A stretch of DNA of 64,000 nt, taken from NCBI GenBank assembly GCA_964016885.1, contig OZ024744.1, forward strand, positions 11,656,001 through 11,720,000. Reading direction: 5' to 3'. Below the pieces are notes generated by a model. It was not told the origin of the DNA and ran no database searches. It saw only the letters and a list, made by a program, of their open reading frames with translations. Position 1 is the first letter of the stretch. Every line of letters starts with the position of its first letter. The stretch comes from Eledone cirrhosa (Eukaryota). A program made the position numbers and the translations under genes. Of the stretch, positions 26,111-41,100 are shown in pieces.

Positions 26111-29100
26111 GATACTCCAATATGTTGTATTGTTGTTCTCCAATATGTCATGTTATACTCCAATAAGTTGTGTTCTTGTACTCCAATATGTTGTGTTGTT
26201 GTACTCCAATATATCATGTTGTCGTACTCCAATATGTCATGTTATACTCCAATATGTCGTTGTTATACTCCAATATGTCATGTTGTTGTACTCCAATATG
26301 TCGTATTGTTATACTCCAATATGTTTTGATGTTGTACTCCAATATGTTGTGTTGTTGTACTCCAATATGTTGTGTAGTCGTACTCCAATATGTTGTATTG
26401 TTATACTCCAATATGTTGTGCTGTTGTACTCCAATATGTTCTGTTGTTGTACTCCAATATATTGTGTTGTTGTACTCCAATATGTCGTGTTGTTGTACTC
26501 CAATATGTCGTGTTGTTGTACTCCAATATTTTGTGTTGTTGTACTCCAATATGTTGTGTTGTTGTACTCCAATATGTTGTGTTGTTATACTCCAATATGT
26601 TATGTTGTTGTACTCCAATATGTCATGTTGTTGTACTCCAATATGTTTTGATGTTGTACTCCAATATGTTGTGTTGTTGTACTCCAATGTGTTGTGTTGT
26701 TGTACTCCAATATGTTGTGCCGTTGTACTCCAATATTTTTTTGTTTTTGTACTCCAAAATGTTGTGTTGTTATACTCCAATATGTTGTGTTGGTGTACTC
26801 CAATATGGTGTGCTGTTGTACTCCAAATCTCGTGTTGTTATACTCCAATATGTTGTGTTGTTATACTCCAATATGGTGTGTTGTTGAACTCCAATATGTT
26901 GTATTGTTTTTCTCCAATATGTCATGTTATACTCCAATATGTTGTGTTCGTGTACTCCAATATGTTGTGTTATTGTACTCCAATATGTTGCGTTATTGTA
27001 CTCCAATATGTTATGTTGTTATACTCCAATATGTTGTGTTGTTGTACTCCAATATGTCATGTTGTTGTACTCCAGTATGTCTTGTTATACTCCAATATGT
27101 CGTGTTGCTGTACTCCAATATGTCATGCTGTTGTACTCCAATATTTCGTGTCGTTGTACTCCAATATGTTGTGCTTTTGTACTCCAATATGTTTTGCTGT
27201 TGTACTCCACTGTGTTGTGTTGTTGAACTCCAATATGTTGTGTTGTTGTTCTCCAATATTTTGTGCTGTTGTACTCCAATGTGTTGTGTTGTTATACTCC
27301 AATATGTTGTGTTGTGATACTCCAATGTGTTGTGTTGTTGTACTCCAATATGTTGTGTTGTTGTACTCCAATATGTTGTGTTGTTATACACCAATGTGGT
27401 GTGCTGTTGTAATCCAATATGTTATGTTTTACTCCAATATGTTGTGTTGTTATACTCCAATATGTAGTGTTGTTATACTCCAATATGTTGTGTTGTTGTA
27501 CTCCAATCTGTTGTGTTATACTCCAATATGTTGTGTTGTTATACTCCAATATGTTGTGTCGTTATACTCCAATATGTTGTGTTGTTGTACTCCAATATGT
27601 TTATTGTTGTTCTCCAATATGTCATGCTATACTCCAATAAATTGTGTTCTTGTACTCCAATATGTTTTGTTGTTGTACTCCAATATGTTGTGTTGTTGTA
27701 CTCCAATATATCATGTTGTCGTACTCCAATATGTCATGTTATACTCCAATATGTCGTTGTTATACTCCAATATGTCATGTTGCTGTACTCCAACATGTCG
27801 TGTTGTAGTACTCCAATATGTTTTGATGTTGTACTCCAATATGTTGTGTTGTTGTACTCCAATATGTTGTGTTGTTGTACTCCAATATGTTGTGTTGTTA
27901 TACTCCAATATGTTGTGCTGTTGTACTCCAATATGTCATGTTGTTGTACTCCGATATTTCGTGTTGTTCTACTCCAATATTTCGTGTTGTTGTACTCCAA
28001 TATGTCGTGGTGTTGTACTCCAATATGTTTTGATGTTGTACTCCAATATGTCGTGTTGTTGTACTCCAATATGTTGTGTTGTTGTACTCCAATATGCTGT
28101 GTTGTTATACTCCTATATGTTGTGCTGTTGTACTTCAATATGTTGTGTTCTACTCCAATATGTTGTGTTGTTATACTCCAATATGTTGTGTTGTTGTACT
28201 CCAATATGTTGTGTTGTTGTACTCCAATATGTGATGTTGTTGTACTCCAATATGTCGTATTGTTGTACTCCAATATATTGTGTTGTTATACTCCAATATT
28301 TCGTGTTGTTTTAGTCCAATATGTCATGTTGTTTTACTCCAATATTTCGTGTTGTACTCCAATATGTCATGGTGTTGCACTTCAGTATGTCGTATTGTTG
28401 TACTCCAATATGTTGTGTTGTTGTTCTCCAATATGTCGTGTTGTTATACTCCAATATGTTATGATGTTGTACTCCAATATATTGTGTTGTTGTACTCCAA
28501 TATGTTGTGTTGCTGTACTCCAATATATTGTGTCGTTGTACTCCAATATGTTGTGTTGTTGTACTCCAATATGTTGTGTTGTTGTACTCCAATATGTTGT
28601 TGTACTCCAATATGTCATGTTGTCGTACTCCAATATTTCGTGTTGTTGTACTCCAATATGTCATAGGGGTTGTACTCCAATATGGTGTGTTGTTGTACTC
28701 CAATATGCTGTGTTGCTGTACTCCAATAGGTTGTGTTGTTGTACTCCAATATGCTGTGTTGGCTGTGCTCCAATACGTTGTGTTGTTGTACTCCAATATA
28801 TTGTGCTGCTGTACTCCAATATGTTGTGTTGTTGTACTCCAATATATTGTGCTGCTGTACTCCAGTATGTTGTGTTGTTGTACTCCAATCTATATCGCTG
28901 TTGTACTCCAATATGTTGTGTTGTTGTACTCCAATATGTTGTGCTGTTGTACTCCAATATGTTGTGATGTTGTACTCCAATATTTTGTGCTGTTATACTC
29001 CAATATATTGTGTTGTTATACTCCAATATGTTGTGTTGTTGTACTCCAAAATATTGTGTTGTTATACTCCAATATGTTGTGTTGTTATACTCCAATATGT

Positions 29101-32100
29101 TGTGCTGTTATACTCCAATATGTTGTGTTGTTGTACTCCAATATGTTGTGCTGTTATACTCCAATATTTTGTGTTGTTATACTCCAATATGTGGTATTGT
29201 TGTACTCCAATATGTTGTGCTGTTGTACTCCAATATGTTGTGTTGTTATACTCCAACATGTTGTGTTGTTATACTCCAATATGTTGTGTTGTTATACTCC
29301 AATATGTTGTGTTGTTATACTCGAATATCTTGTGTTGTTATACTCGAATATGTTTGCTGTTGTACTCCAATATGTCGTGTTGTTGTACTCCAATATATCA
29401 TGTAGTTGTACTCCAATATTTCGTGTTGTTGTACCCCAATATGTAGTGTTGTTTATACTCCAATATGTCATGTTGTTGTACTCCAATATGTTTTGATGTT
29501 GTACTCCAATATGTTGTGTTGTTGTACTCCAATATGTTTTGATGTTGTACTCCAATATGTTGTGTTGTTGTACTCCAATATGTTGTGTAGTCGTACTCCA
29601 ATATGTTGTGTTGTTGTACTCCAATATGCTGTGATGTTGTACTCCAATATGATGTGCTGTTGTACTCCAATGCGTTGTGTTGTTGTACTCCAATATGCTG
29701 TGTTGTTATACTCCAATATGTTGTGTTGTTGTACTCCAATATGTTGTGTTGTTGTACTCCAATATGTTGTGTTGTTGTAATCCAATATCTTGTGTTGTTA
29801 TACTCCAATATGTTGTGCTGTTGTACTCCAATATGTTGAGTTGTTATACTCCAATATGTAGTGTTGTTATACTCCAATATGTTGTGTTGTTGTACTCCAA
29901 TCTGTTGCGTTATACTCCAATATGTTGTGTTGTTATACTCCAATATGTTGTGTTGTTATACTCCAATATGTTGTGTTGTTTTACTCCAATATGTTGTATT
30001 GTTGATCTCCAATATGTCATATTATACTCCAATAAGTTGTGTTCTTGTACTCCAATATGTGTTGTTGTTGTACTCCAATATGTTGCGTTGTTGTACTCCA
30101 ATATATCATGTTGTCGTACTCCAATATGTCATGTTATACTCCAATATGTTTTGATGCTGTACTCCAATATGTTGTGGTGTTGTACTACAATATGTTGTGT
30201 TGTTGTACTCCAATATGTTGTGTTGTTATACTCCAATATGTTGTGCTGTTGTACTCCAATATGTTGTGTTGTTATACTCCAATATGTAGTGTTGTTATAC
30301 TCCAATATGTTGTGTTGTTGAACTCCAATCTGTTGTGTTGTTATACTCCAATATATTGTGTTGTTATACTCCAATATGTTGTGTTGTTTTACTCCAATAT
30401 GTTGTGTTGTTGTACTCCAATATGTTGTATTGTTGTTCTCCAATATGTCATGTTATACTCCAATAAGTTGTGTTCTTGTACTCCAATATGTTGTGTTGTT
30501 GTACTCCAATATGTTGTGTTGTTGTACTCCAATATATCATGTTGTCGTACTCCAATATGTCGTTGTTATACTCCAATATGTCATGATGTTGTACTCCAAT
30601 ATGTCGTGTTCTTGTACTCCAATATGTCGTGTTGTCGTACTCCAATATGTTGTGTTGTTGTACTCCAATATGTTGTGCTGTTGTACTCCAATATGTTGTG
30701 TTGTTGTACTCCAATATGTTGTGTTGTTATACTCCAATATGTTGTGCTGTTGTACTCCAATATTTCGTGTTGTTGTACTCCAATACGTCGTGTTGTACTC
30801 CAATATGTTGTGTTGTTATACTCCAATATGTTATGTTGTTGTACTCCAATGTGTCTTGTTGTTGGACTCCAATATGTTTTGATGTTGTACTCCAATATGT
30901 TGTGTTGTTGTACTCCAATATGTTTTGATGTTGTACTCCAATATGTTGTGTTGTTGTACTCCAATATGTTGTGTAGTCGTACTCCAATATGCTGTGTTGT
31001 TGTACTCTAATATGTTTTGTTGTTATTATCCAATACGTTGTGATGTTGTACTCCAATGTGTTGTGTTGTTGTACTCCAATGTGATGTGTTGTTGTACTCC
31101 AATATGTTGTGCTGTTGTACTCCAATATTTTTTTGTTTTTTGTACTCCAATATGTTGTGTTGTTATACTCCAATATGTTGTGTTGTTATACTCCAATATG
31201 GTGTGTTGTTGTACTCCAATATGTTGTATTGTTTTCTCCAATATGTCATGTTATACTCCGATATGGTGTGTTCGTGTACTCCAATATGTTGTGTTATTGT
31301 ACTCCAATATGTTGCGTTGTTGTACTCCAATATGTTGTGTTGTTATACTCCAATATGTCGTGTGGCTGTACTCCAATATGTCATGTTGTTGTACTCCAAT
31401 ATGTCTTGTTATAGTCCAATATGTCGTGTTGTTGTACTCCAATATATCATGTAGTTGTACTCCAATATTTCGTGTTGTTGTACCCCAATATGTAGTGTTG
31501 TTTATACTCCAATATGTTTTGCTGTTGTACTCCAATATGTTGTGTTGCTGTACTCCTATATGTTGTGTTGTTATTCTCCAATATGTTGTGCTGTTGTACT
31601 CCAATGTGTTGTGTTGTTATACTCCAATGTGTTGTGTTGTTATACTCCAATATGTTGTGTTGTTGTAGTCCAATATGTTGTGTTGTCGTACTCCAATATG
31701 TTGTGTTGTTATACTCCAATATTTCGTGTGGTTGTACTCCAATATGTCATGGTGTTGTACTTCAATATGTCGTGTTGTTGTACTCCAATATGTTGTCTGG
31801 TTGTACTCCAATCTGTTGTATTGTTGTACTTCAATATGTTCTGTTGTTGTACTCCAATATATTGTGTTGTTGTACTCCAATATGTTGTGTTGTTGTACTC
31901 CAATATGCTGTGTTGTTGTACTCCAATATGTTGTGTTGTTGTACTCCAATATGTTGTGTTGTTGTACTCCAATATCTTGTGTTCTTATACTCCAATATGT
32001 TGTGTTGTTATACTCCAATATGTTGTGTTGTTGTACTCCAATATGTTGTGCTGTTGTACTCCAATATGATGTGCTGTTGTACTCCAATATGTTGTGTTGT

Positions 32101-35100
32101 TGTACTCCAATGTGTTGTGTTGTTGTACTCCAATATGTTGTGCCGTTGTACTCCAATATTTTTTTGTTTTTGTACTCCAAAATGTTGTGTTGTTGTACTC
32201 CAATATGGTGTGCTGTTGTACTCCAAATCTCGTGTTGTTATACTCCAATGTGTTGTGTTGTTATACTCCAATATGGTGTGTTGTTGAACTCCAATATGTT
32301 GTATTGTTTTTCTCCAATATGTCATGTTATACTCCAATATGTTGTGTTCGTGTACTCCAATATGTTGTGTTATTGTACTCCAATATGTTGCGTTGTTGTA
32401 CTCCAATATGTTGTGTTGTTATACTCCAATATGTTGTGTTGTTGTACTCCAATATGTCATGTTGTTGTACTCCAGTATGTCTTGTTATACTCCAATATGT
32501 CGTGTTGCTGTACTCCAATATGTCATGCTGTTGTACTCCAATATTTCGTGTCGTTGTACTCCAATATGTTGTGCTTTTGTACTCCAATATGTTTTGCTGT
32601 TGTACTCCACTGTGTTGTGTTGTTGAACTCCAATATGTTGTGTTGTTGTTCTCCAATATTTTGTGCTGTTGTACTCCAATGTGTTGTGTTGTTATACTCC
32701 AATATGTTGTGTTGTGATACTCCAATGTGTTGTGTTGTTGTACTCCAATATGTTGTGTTGTTGTACTCCAATATGTTGTGTTGTTATACACCAATGTGGT
32801 GTGCTGTTGTAATCCAATATGTTATGTTGTACTCCAATATGTTGTGTTGTTATACTCCAATATGTAGTGTTGTTATACTCCAATATGTTGTGTTGTTGTA
32901 CACCAATCTGTTGTGTTATACTCCAATATGTTGTGTTGTTGTACTCCAATATGTTGTATTGTTGTTCTCCAATATGTCATGCTATACTCCAATAAGTTGT
33001 GTTCTTGTACTCCAATATGTTTTGTTGTTGTACTCCAATATGTTATGTTGTTGTACTCCAATATATCATGTTGTTGTACCCCAATATGTCATGTTATACT
33101 CCAATATGTCGTTGTTATACTCCAATATGTCATGTTGCTGTACTCCAACATGTCGTGTTGTAGTACTCCAATATGTTTTGATGTTGTACTCCAATATGTT
33201 GTGTTGTTGTACTCCAATATGTTGTGTTGTTGTACTCCAATATGTTGTGTTGTTATACTCCAATATGTTGTGCTGTTGTACTCCAATATGTCATGTTGTT
33301 GTACTCCGATATTTCGTGTTGTTCTACTCCAATATTTCGTGTTGCTGTACTCCAATATGTCGTGGTGTTGTACTCCAATATGTTTTGATGTTGTACTCCA
33401 ATATGTCGTGTTGTTGTACTCCAATATGTTGTGTTGTTGTACTCCAATATGCTGTGTTGTTATACTCCTATATGTTGTGCTGTTGTACTTCAATATGTTG
33501 TGTTCTACTCCAATATGTTGTGTTGTTATACTCCAATATGTTGTGTTGTTGTACTCCAATATGTTGTGTTGTTGTACTCCAATATGTGATGTTGTTGTAC
33601 TCCAATATGTCGTATTGTTGTACTCCAATATATTGTGTTGTTATACTCCAATATTTCGTGTTGTTTTAGTCCAATATGTCATGTTGTTTTACTCCAATAT
33701 TTCGTGTTGTTGTACTCCAATATGTCATGGTGTTGTACTTCAATATGTCGTATTGTTGTACTCCAATATGTTGTGTTGTTGTTCTCCAATATGTCGTGTT
33801 GTTATACTCCAATATGTTATGATGTTGTACTCCAATATATTGTGTTGTTGTACTCCAATATGTTGTGTTGCTGTACTCCAATATGGTGTGTCGTTGTACT
33901 CCAATATGTTGTGTTGTTGTACTCCAATATGTTGTGTTGTTGTACTCCAATATGTTGTTGTACTCCAATATGTCATGTTGTCGTACACCAATATTTCATG
34001 TTGTTGTACTCCAATATGTCATGGTGTTGTACTCCAATATGTTGTGTTGTTGTACTCCAATATGTTGTGTTGTTGTACTCCAATATGTTGTGTTGTTGTA
34101 CTCCAATATGTTGTGTTGTTGTACTCCAATATGTTGTGTTGTTGTACTCCAATATGTTGTGTTGTTGTACTCCAATATGCCATGTTGTTATACTCCAATA
34201 TGTCGTGGTGTTGTACTCCAATATGTCATGTTGTTGTACTCCAATATTTCGTGTTGTTGTACTCCAATATGTCATAGGGGTTGTACTCCAATATGGTGTG
34301 TTGTTGTACTCCAATATGCTGTGTTGCTGTACTCCAATAGGTTGTGTTGTTGTACTCCAATATGCTGTGTTGGCTGTGCTCCAATACGTTGTGTTGTTGT
34401 ACTCCAATATGTTGTGCTGCTGTACTCCAATATGTTGTGTTGTTGTACTCCAATATGTTGTGTTGTTGTACTCCAATATGTTGTGTTGTTGTACTCCAAT
34501 CTATATCGCTGTTGTACTCCAATATGTTGTGTTGTTGTACTCCAATATGTTGTGCTGTTGTACTCCAATATGTTGTGCTGTTGTACTCCAATATTTTGTG
34601 CTGTTATACTCCAATATATTGTGTTGTTATACACCAATATGTTGTGTTGTTGTACTCCAAAATATTGTGTTGTTATACTCCAATATGTTGTGTTGTTATA
34701 CTCCAATATGTTGTGCTGTTATACTCCAATATGTTGTGTTGTTGTACTCCAATATGTTGTGCTGTTATACTCCAATATTTTGTGTTGTTATACTCCAATA
34801 TGTGGTATTGTTGTACTCCAATATGTTGTGCTGTTGTACTCCAATATGTTGTGTTGTTATACTCCAACATGTTGTGTTGTTATACTCCAATATGTTGTGT
34901 TGTTATACTCGAATATGTTGTGTTGTTATACTCGAATATCTTGTGTTGTTATACTCGAATATGTTGTGCTGTTGTACTCCAATATGTCGTGTTGTTGTAC
35001 TCCAATATATCATGTAGTTGTACTCCAATATTTCGTGTTGTTGTACCCCAATATGTAGTGTTGTTTATATTCCAATATGTTTTGCTGTTGTACTCCAATA

Positions 35101-38100
35101 TGTTGTGTTGCTGTACTCCTATATGTTGTGTTGTTATTCTCCAATATGTTGTGTTGTTGTACTCCAATCTGTTGTGTTGTTATACTCCAATGTGTTGTGT
35201 TGTTATACTCCAACATGTTGTGTTGTTATACTCCAATATTTCGTGTGGTTGTACTCCAATATGTCATGGTGTTGTACTTCAATATGTCGTGTTGTTGTAC
35301 TCCAATATGTTGTCTTGCTGTACTCCAATCTGTTGTATTGTTGTACTTCAATATGTTCTGTTGTTGTACTCCAATATATTGTGTTGTTGTACTCCAATAT
35401 GTTGTGTTGTTGTACTCCAATATGTTGTGCTGTTGTACTCCAATATGATGTGCTGTTGTACTCCAATATGTTGTATTGTTGTTCTCCAATATGTCATGTT
35501 ATACTCCAATAAGTTGTGTTCTTGTACTCCAATATGTTGTGTTGCTGTACTCCAATATATCATGTTGTCGTACTCCAATATGTCATGTTATACTCCAATA
35601 TGTCATTGTTGTACTCCAATATGTCGTGTTGTTGTACTCCAATATGTCGTGTTGTTGTACTCCAATATGTTGTGTTGTTGTACTCCAATATGTTGTGTTG
35701 TTGTACTCCAATATGTTGTGTTGTTATACTCCAATATGTTATGTTGTTGTACTCCAATATGTCATGTTGTTGTACTCCAATATGTTTTGATGTTGTACTC
35801 CAATATGTTCTGTTGTTGTACTCCAATATGTTTTGATGTTGTACTCCAATATGTTGTGTTGTTGTACTCCAATATGTTGTGTAGTCGTACTCCAATATGT
35901 TGTGTTGTTGTACTCCAATATGCTGTGATGTTGTACTCCAATATGATGTGCTGTTGTACTCCAATGCGTTGTGTTGTTGTACTCCAATATGCTGTGTTGT
36001 TATACTCCAATATGTTGTGTTGTTATACTCCAATATGTTGTGTTGTTATACTCCAATATGTTGTGTTGTTTTACTCCAATATGTTGTATTGTTGATCTCC
36101 AATATGTCATATTATACTCCAATAAGTTGTGTTCTTGTACTCCAATATGTGTTGTTGTTGTACTCCAATATGTTGCGTTGTTGTACTCCAATATATCATG
36201 TTGTCGTACTCCAATATGTCATGTTATACTCCAATATGTTTTGATGCTGTACTCCAATATGTTGTGTTGTTATACTCCAATATGTTGTGTTGTGATACTC
36301 CAATATGTTGTATTGTTGTTCTCCAATATGTCATGTTATACTCCAATAAGTTGTGTTCTTGTACTCCAATATGTTGTGTTGTTGTACTCCAATATATCAT
36401 GTTGTCGTACTCCAATATGTCATGTTATACTCCAATATGTCGTTGTTATACTCCAATATGTCATGTTGTTGTACTCCAATATGTCGTATTGTTATACTCC
36501 AATATGTTTTGATGTTGTACTCCAATATGTTGTGTTGTTGTACTCCAATATGTTGTGTAGTCGTACTCCAATATGTTGTATTGTTATACTCCAATATGTT
36601 GTGCTGTTGTACTCCAATATGTTCTGTTGTTGTACTCCAATATATTGTGTTGTTGTACTCCAATATGTCGTGTTGTTGTACTCCAATATGTCGTGTTGTT
36701 GTACTCCAATATTTTGTGTTGTTGTACTCCAATATGTTGTGTTGTTGTACTCCAATATGTTGTGTTGTTATACTCCAATATGTTATGTTGTTGTACTCCA
36801 ATATGTCATGTTGTTGTACTCCAATATGTTTTGATGTTGTACTCCAATATGTTGTGTTGTTGTACTCCAATGTGTTGTGTTGTTGTACTCCAATATGTTG
36901 TGCCGTTGTACTCCAATATTTTTTTGTTTTTGTACTCCAAAATGTTGTGTTGTTATACTCCAATATGTTGTGTTGGTGTACTCCAATATGGTGTGCTGTT
37001 GTACTCCAAATCTCGTGTTGTTATACTCCAATATGTTGTGTTGTTATACTCCAATATGGTGTGTTGTTGAACTCCAATATGTTGTATTGTTTTTCTCCAA
37101 TATGTCATGTTATACTCCAATATGTTGTGTTCGTGTACTCCAATATGTTGTGTTATTGTACTCCAATATGTTGCGTTATTGTACTCCAATATGTTATGTT
37201 GTTATACTCCAATATGTTGTGTTGTTGTACTCCAATATGTCATGTTGTTGTACTCCAGTATGTCTTGTTATACTCCAATATGTCGTGTTGCTGTACTCCA
37301 ATATGTCATGCTGTTGTACTCCAATATTTCGTGTCGTTGTACTCCAATATGTTGTGCTTTTGTACTCCAATATGTTTTGCTGTTGTACTCCACTGTGTTG
37401 TGTTGTTGAACTCCAATATGTTGTGTTGTTGTTCTCCAATATTTTGTGCTGTTGTACTCCAATGTGTTGTGTTGTTATACTCCAATATGTTGTGTTGTGA
37501 TACTCCAATGTGTTGTGTTGTTGTACTCCAATATGTTGTGTTGTTGTACTCCAATATGTTGTGTTGTTATACACCAATGTGGTGTGCTGTTGTAATCCAA
37601 TATGTTATGTTTTACTCCAATATGTTGTGTTGTTATACTCCAATATGTAGTGTTGTTATACTCCAATATGTTGTGTTGTTGTACTCCAATCTGTTGTGTT
37701 ATACTCCAATATGTTGTGTTGTTATACTCCAATATGTTGTGTCGTTATACTCCAATATGTTGTGTTGTTGTACTCCAATATGTTTATTGTTGTTCTCCAA
37801 TATGTCATGCTATACTCCAATAAATTGTGTTCTTGTACTCCAATATGTTTTGTTGTTGTACTCCAATATGTTGTGTTGTTGTACTCCAATATATCATGTT
37901 GTCGTACTCCAATATGTCATGTTATACTCCAATATGTCGTTGTTATACTCCAATATGTCATGTTGCTGTACTCCAACATGTCGTGTTGTAGTACTCCAAT
38001 ATGTTTTGATGTTGTACTCCAATATGTTGTGTTGTTGTACTCCAATATGTTGTGTTGTTGTACTCCAATATGTTGTGTTGTTATACTCCAATATGTTGTG

Positions 38101-41100
38101 CTGTTGTACTCCAATATGTCATGTTGTTGTACTCCGATATTTCGTGTTGTTCTACTCCAATATTTCGTGTTGTTGTACTCCAATATGTCGTGGTGTTGTA
38201 CTCCAATATGTTTTGATGTTGTACTCCAATATGTCGTGTTGTTGTACTCCAATATGTTGTGTTGTTGTACTCCAATATGCTGTGTTGTTATACTCCTATA
38301 TGTTGTGCTGTTGTACTTCAATATGTTGTGTTCTACTCCAATATGTTGTGTTGTTATACTCCAATATGTTGTGTTGTTGTACTCCAATATGTTGTGTTGT
38401 TGTACTCCAATATGTGATGTTGTTGTACTCCAATATGTCGTATTGTTGTACTCCAATATATTGTGTTGTTATACTCCAATATTTCGTGTTGTTTTAGTCC
38501 AATATGTCATGTTGTTTTACTCCAATATTTCGTGTTGTACTCCAATATGTCATGGTGTTGCACTTCAATATGTCGTATTGTTGTACTCCAATATGTTGTG
38601 TTGTTGTTCTCCAATATGTCGTGTTGTTATACTCCAATATGTTATGATGTTGTACTCCAATATATTGTGTTGTTGTACTCCAATATGTTGTGTTGCTGTA
38701 CTCCAATATATTGTGTCGTTGTACTCCAATATGTTGTGTTGTTGTACTCCAATATGTTGTGTTGTTGTACTCCAATATGTTGTTGTACTCCAATATGTCA
38801 TGTTGTCGTACTCCAATATTTCGTGTTGTTGTACTCCAATATATCATGGTGTTGTACTCCAATATGTTGTGTTGTTATACTCCAATATGTTGTGTTGTTG
38901 TACTCCAATATGTTGTGTTGTTGTACTCCAATATGTTGTGTTGTTGTACTCCAATATGTTGTGTTGTTGTACTCCAATATGTTGTGTTGTTGTACTCCAA
39001 TATGCCATGTTGTTATACTCCAATATGTCGTGGTGTTGTACTCCAATATGTCATGTTGTTGTACTCCAATATTTCGTGTTGTTGTACTCCAATATGTCAT
39101 AGGGGTTGTACTCCAATATGGTGTGTTGTTGTACTCCAATATGCTGTGTTGCTGTACTCCAATAGGTTGTGTTGTTGTACTCCAATATGCTGTGTTGGCT
39201 GTGCTCCAATACGTTGTGTTGTTGTACTCCAATATATTGTGCTGCTGTACTCCAATATGTTGTGTTGTTGTACTCCAATATATTGTGCTGCTGTACTCCA
39301 GTATGTTGTGTTGTTGTACTCCAATCTATATCGCTGTTGTACTCCAATATGTTGTGTTGTTGTACTCCAATATGTTGTGCTGTTGTACTCCAATATGTTG
39401 TGATGTTGTACTCCAATATTTTGTGCTGTTATACTCCAATATATTGTGTTGTTATACTCCAATATGTTGTGTTGTACTCCAAAATATTGTGTTGTTATAC
39501 TCCAATATGTTGTGTTGTTATACTCCAATATGTTGTGCTGTTATACTCCAATATGTTGTGTTGTTGTACTCCAATATGTTGTGCTGTTATACTCCAATAT
39601 TTTGTGTTGTTATACTCCAATATGTGGTATTGTTGTACTCCAATATGTTGTGCTGTTGTACTCCAATATGTTGTGTTGTTATACTCCAACATGTTGTGTT
39701 GTTATACTCCAATATGTTGTGTTGTTATACTCGAATATGTTGTGTTGTTATACTCGAATATCTTGTGTTGTTATACTCGAATATGTTTGCTGTTGTACTC
39801 CAATATGTCGTGTTGTTGTACTCCAATATATCATGTAGTTGTACTCCAATATTTCGTGTTGTTGTACCCCAATATGTAGTGTTGTTTATACTCCAATATG
39901 TCATGTTGTTGTACTCCAATATGTTTTGATGTTGTACTCCAATATGTTGTGTTGTTGTACCCCAATATGTTTTGATGTTGTACTCCAATATGTTGTGTTG
40001 TTGTACTCCAATATGTTGTGTAGTCGTACTCCAATATGTTGTGTTGTTGTACTCCAATATGCTGTGATGTTGTACTCCAATATGATGTGCTGTTGTACTC
40101 CAATGCGTTGTGTTGTTGTACTCCAATATGCTGTGTTGTTATACTCCAATATGTTGTGTTGTTGTACTCCAATATGTTGTGTTGTTGTACTCCAATATGT
40201 TGTGTTGTTGTAATCCAATATCTTGTGTTGTTATACTCCAATATGTTGTGCTGTTGTACTCCAATATGTTGAGTTGTTATACTCCAATATGTAGTGTTGT
40301 TATACTCCAATATGTTGTGTTGTTGTACTCCAATCTGTTGCGTTATACTCCAATATGTTGTGTTGTTATACTCCAATATGTTGTGTTGTTATACTCCAAT
40401 ATGTTGTGTTGTTTTACTCCAATATGTTGTATTGTTGATCTCCAATATGTCATATTATACTCCAATAAGTTGTGTTCTTGTACTCCAATATGTGTTGTTG
40501 TTGTACTCCAATATGTTGCGTTGTTGTACTCCAATATATCATGTTGTCGTACTCCAATATGTCATGTTATACTCCAATATGTTTTGATGCTGTACTCCAA
40601 TATGTTGTGGTGTTGTACTACAATATGTTTTGTTGTTGTACTCCAATATGTTGTGTTGTTATACTCCAATATGTTGTGCTGTTGTACTCCAATATGTTGT
40701 GTTGTTATACTCCAATATGTAGTGTTGTTATACTCCAATATGTTGTGTTGTTGAACGCCAATCTGTTGTGTTGTTATACTCCAATATATTGTGTTGTTAT
40801 ACTCCAATATGTTGTGTTGTTTTACTCCAATATGTTGTGTTGTTGTACTCCAATATGTTGTATTGTTGTTCTCCAATATGTCATGTTATACTCCAATAAG
40901 TTGTGTTCTTGTACTCCAATATGTTGTGTTGTTGTACTCCAATATGTTGTGTTGTTGTACTCCAATATATCATGTTGTCGTACTCCAATATGTCGTTGTT
41001 ATACTCCAATATGTCATGATGTTGTACTCCAATATGTCGTGTTCTTGTACTCCAATATGTCGTGTTGTCGTACTCCAATATGTTGTGTTGTTGTACTCCA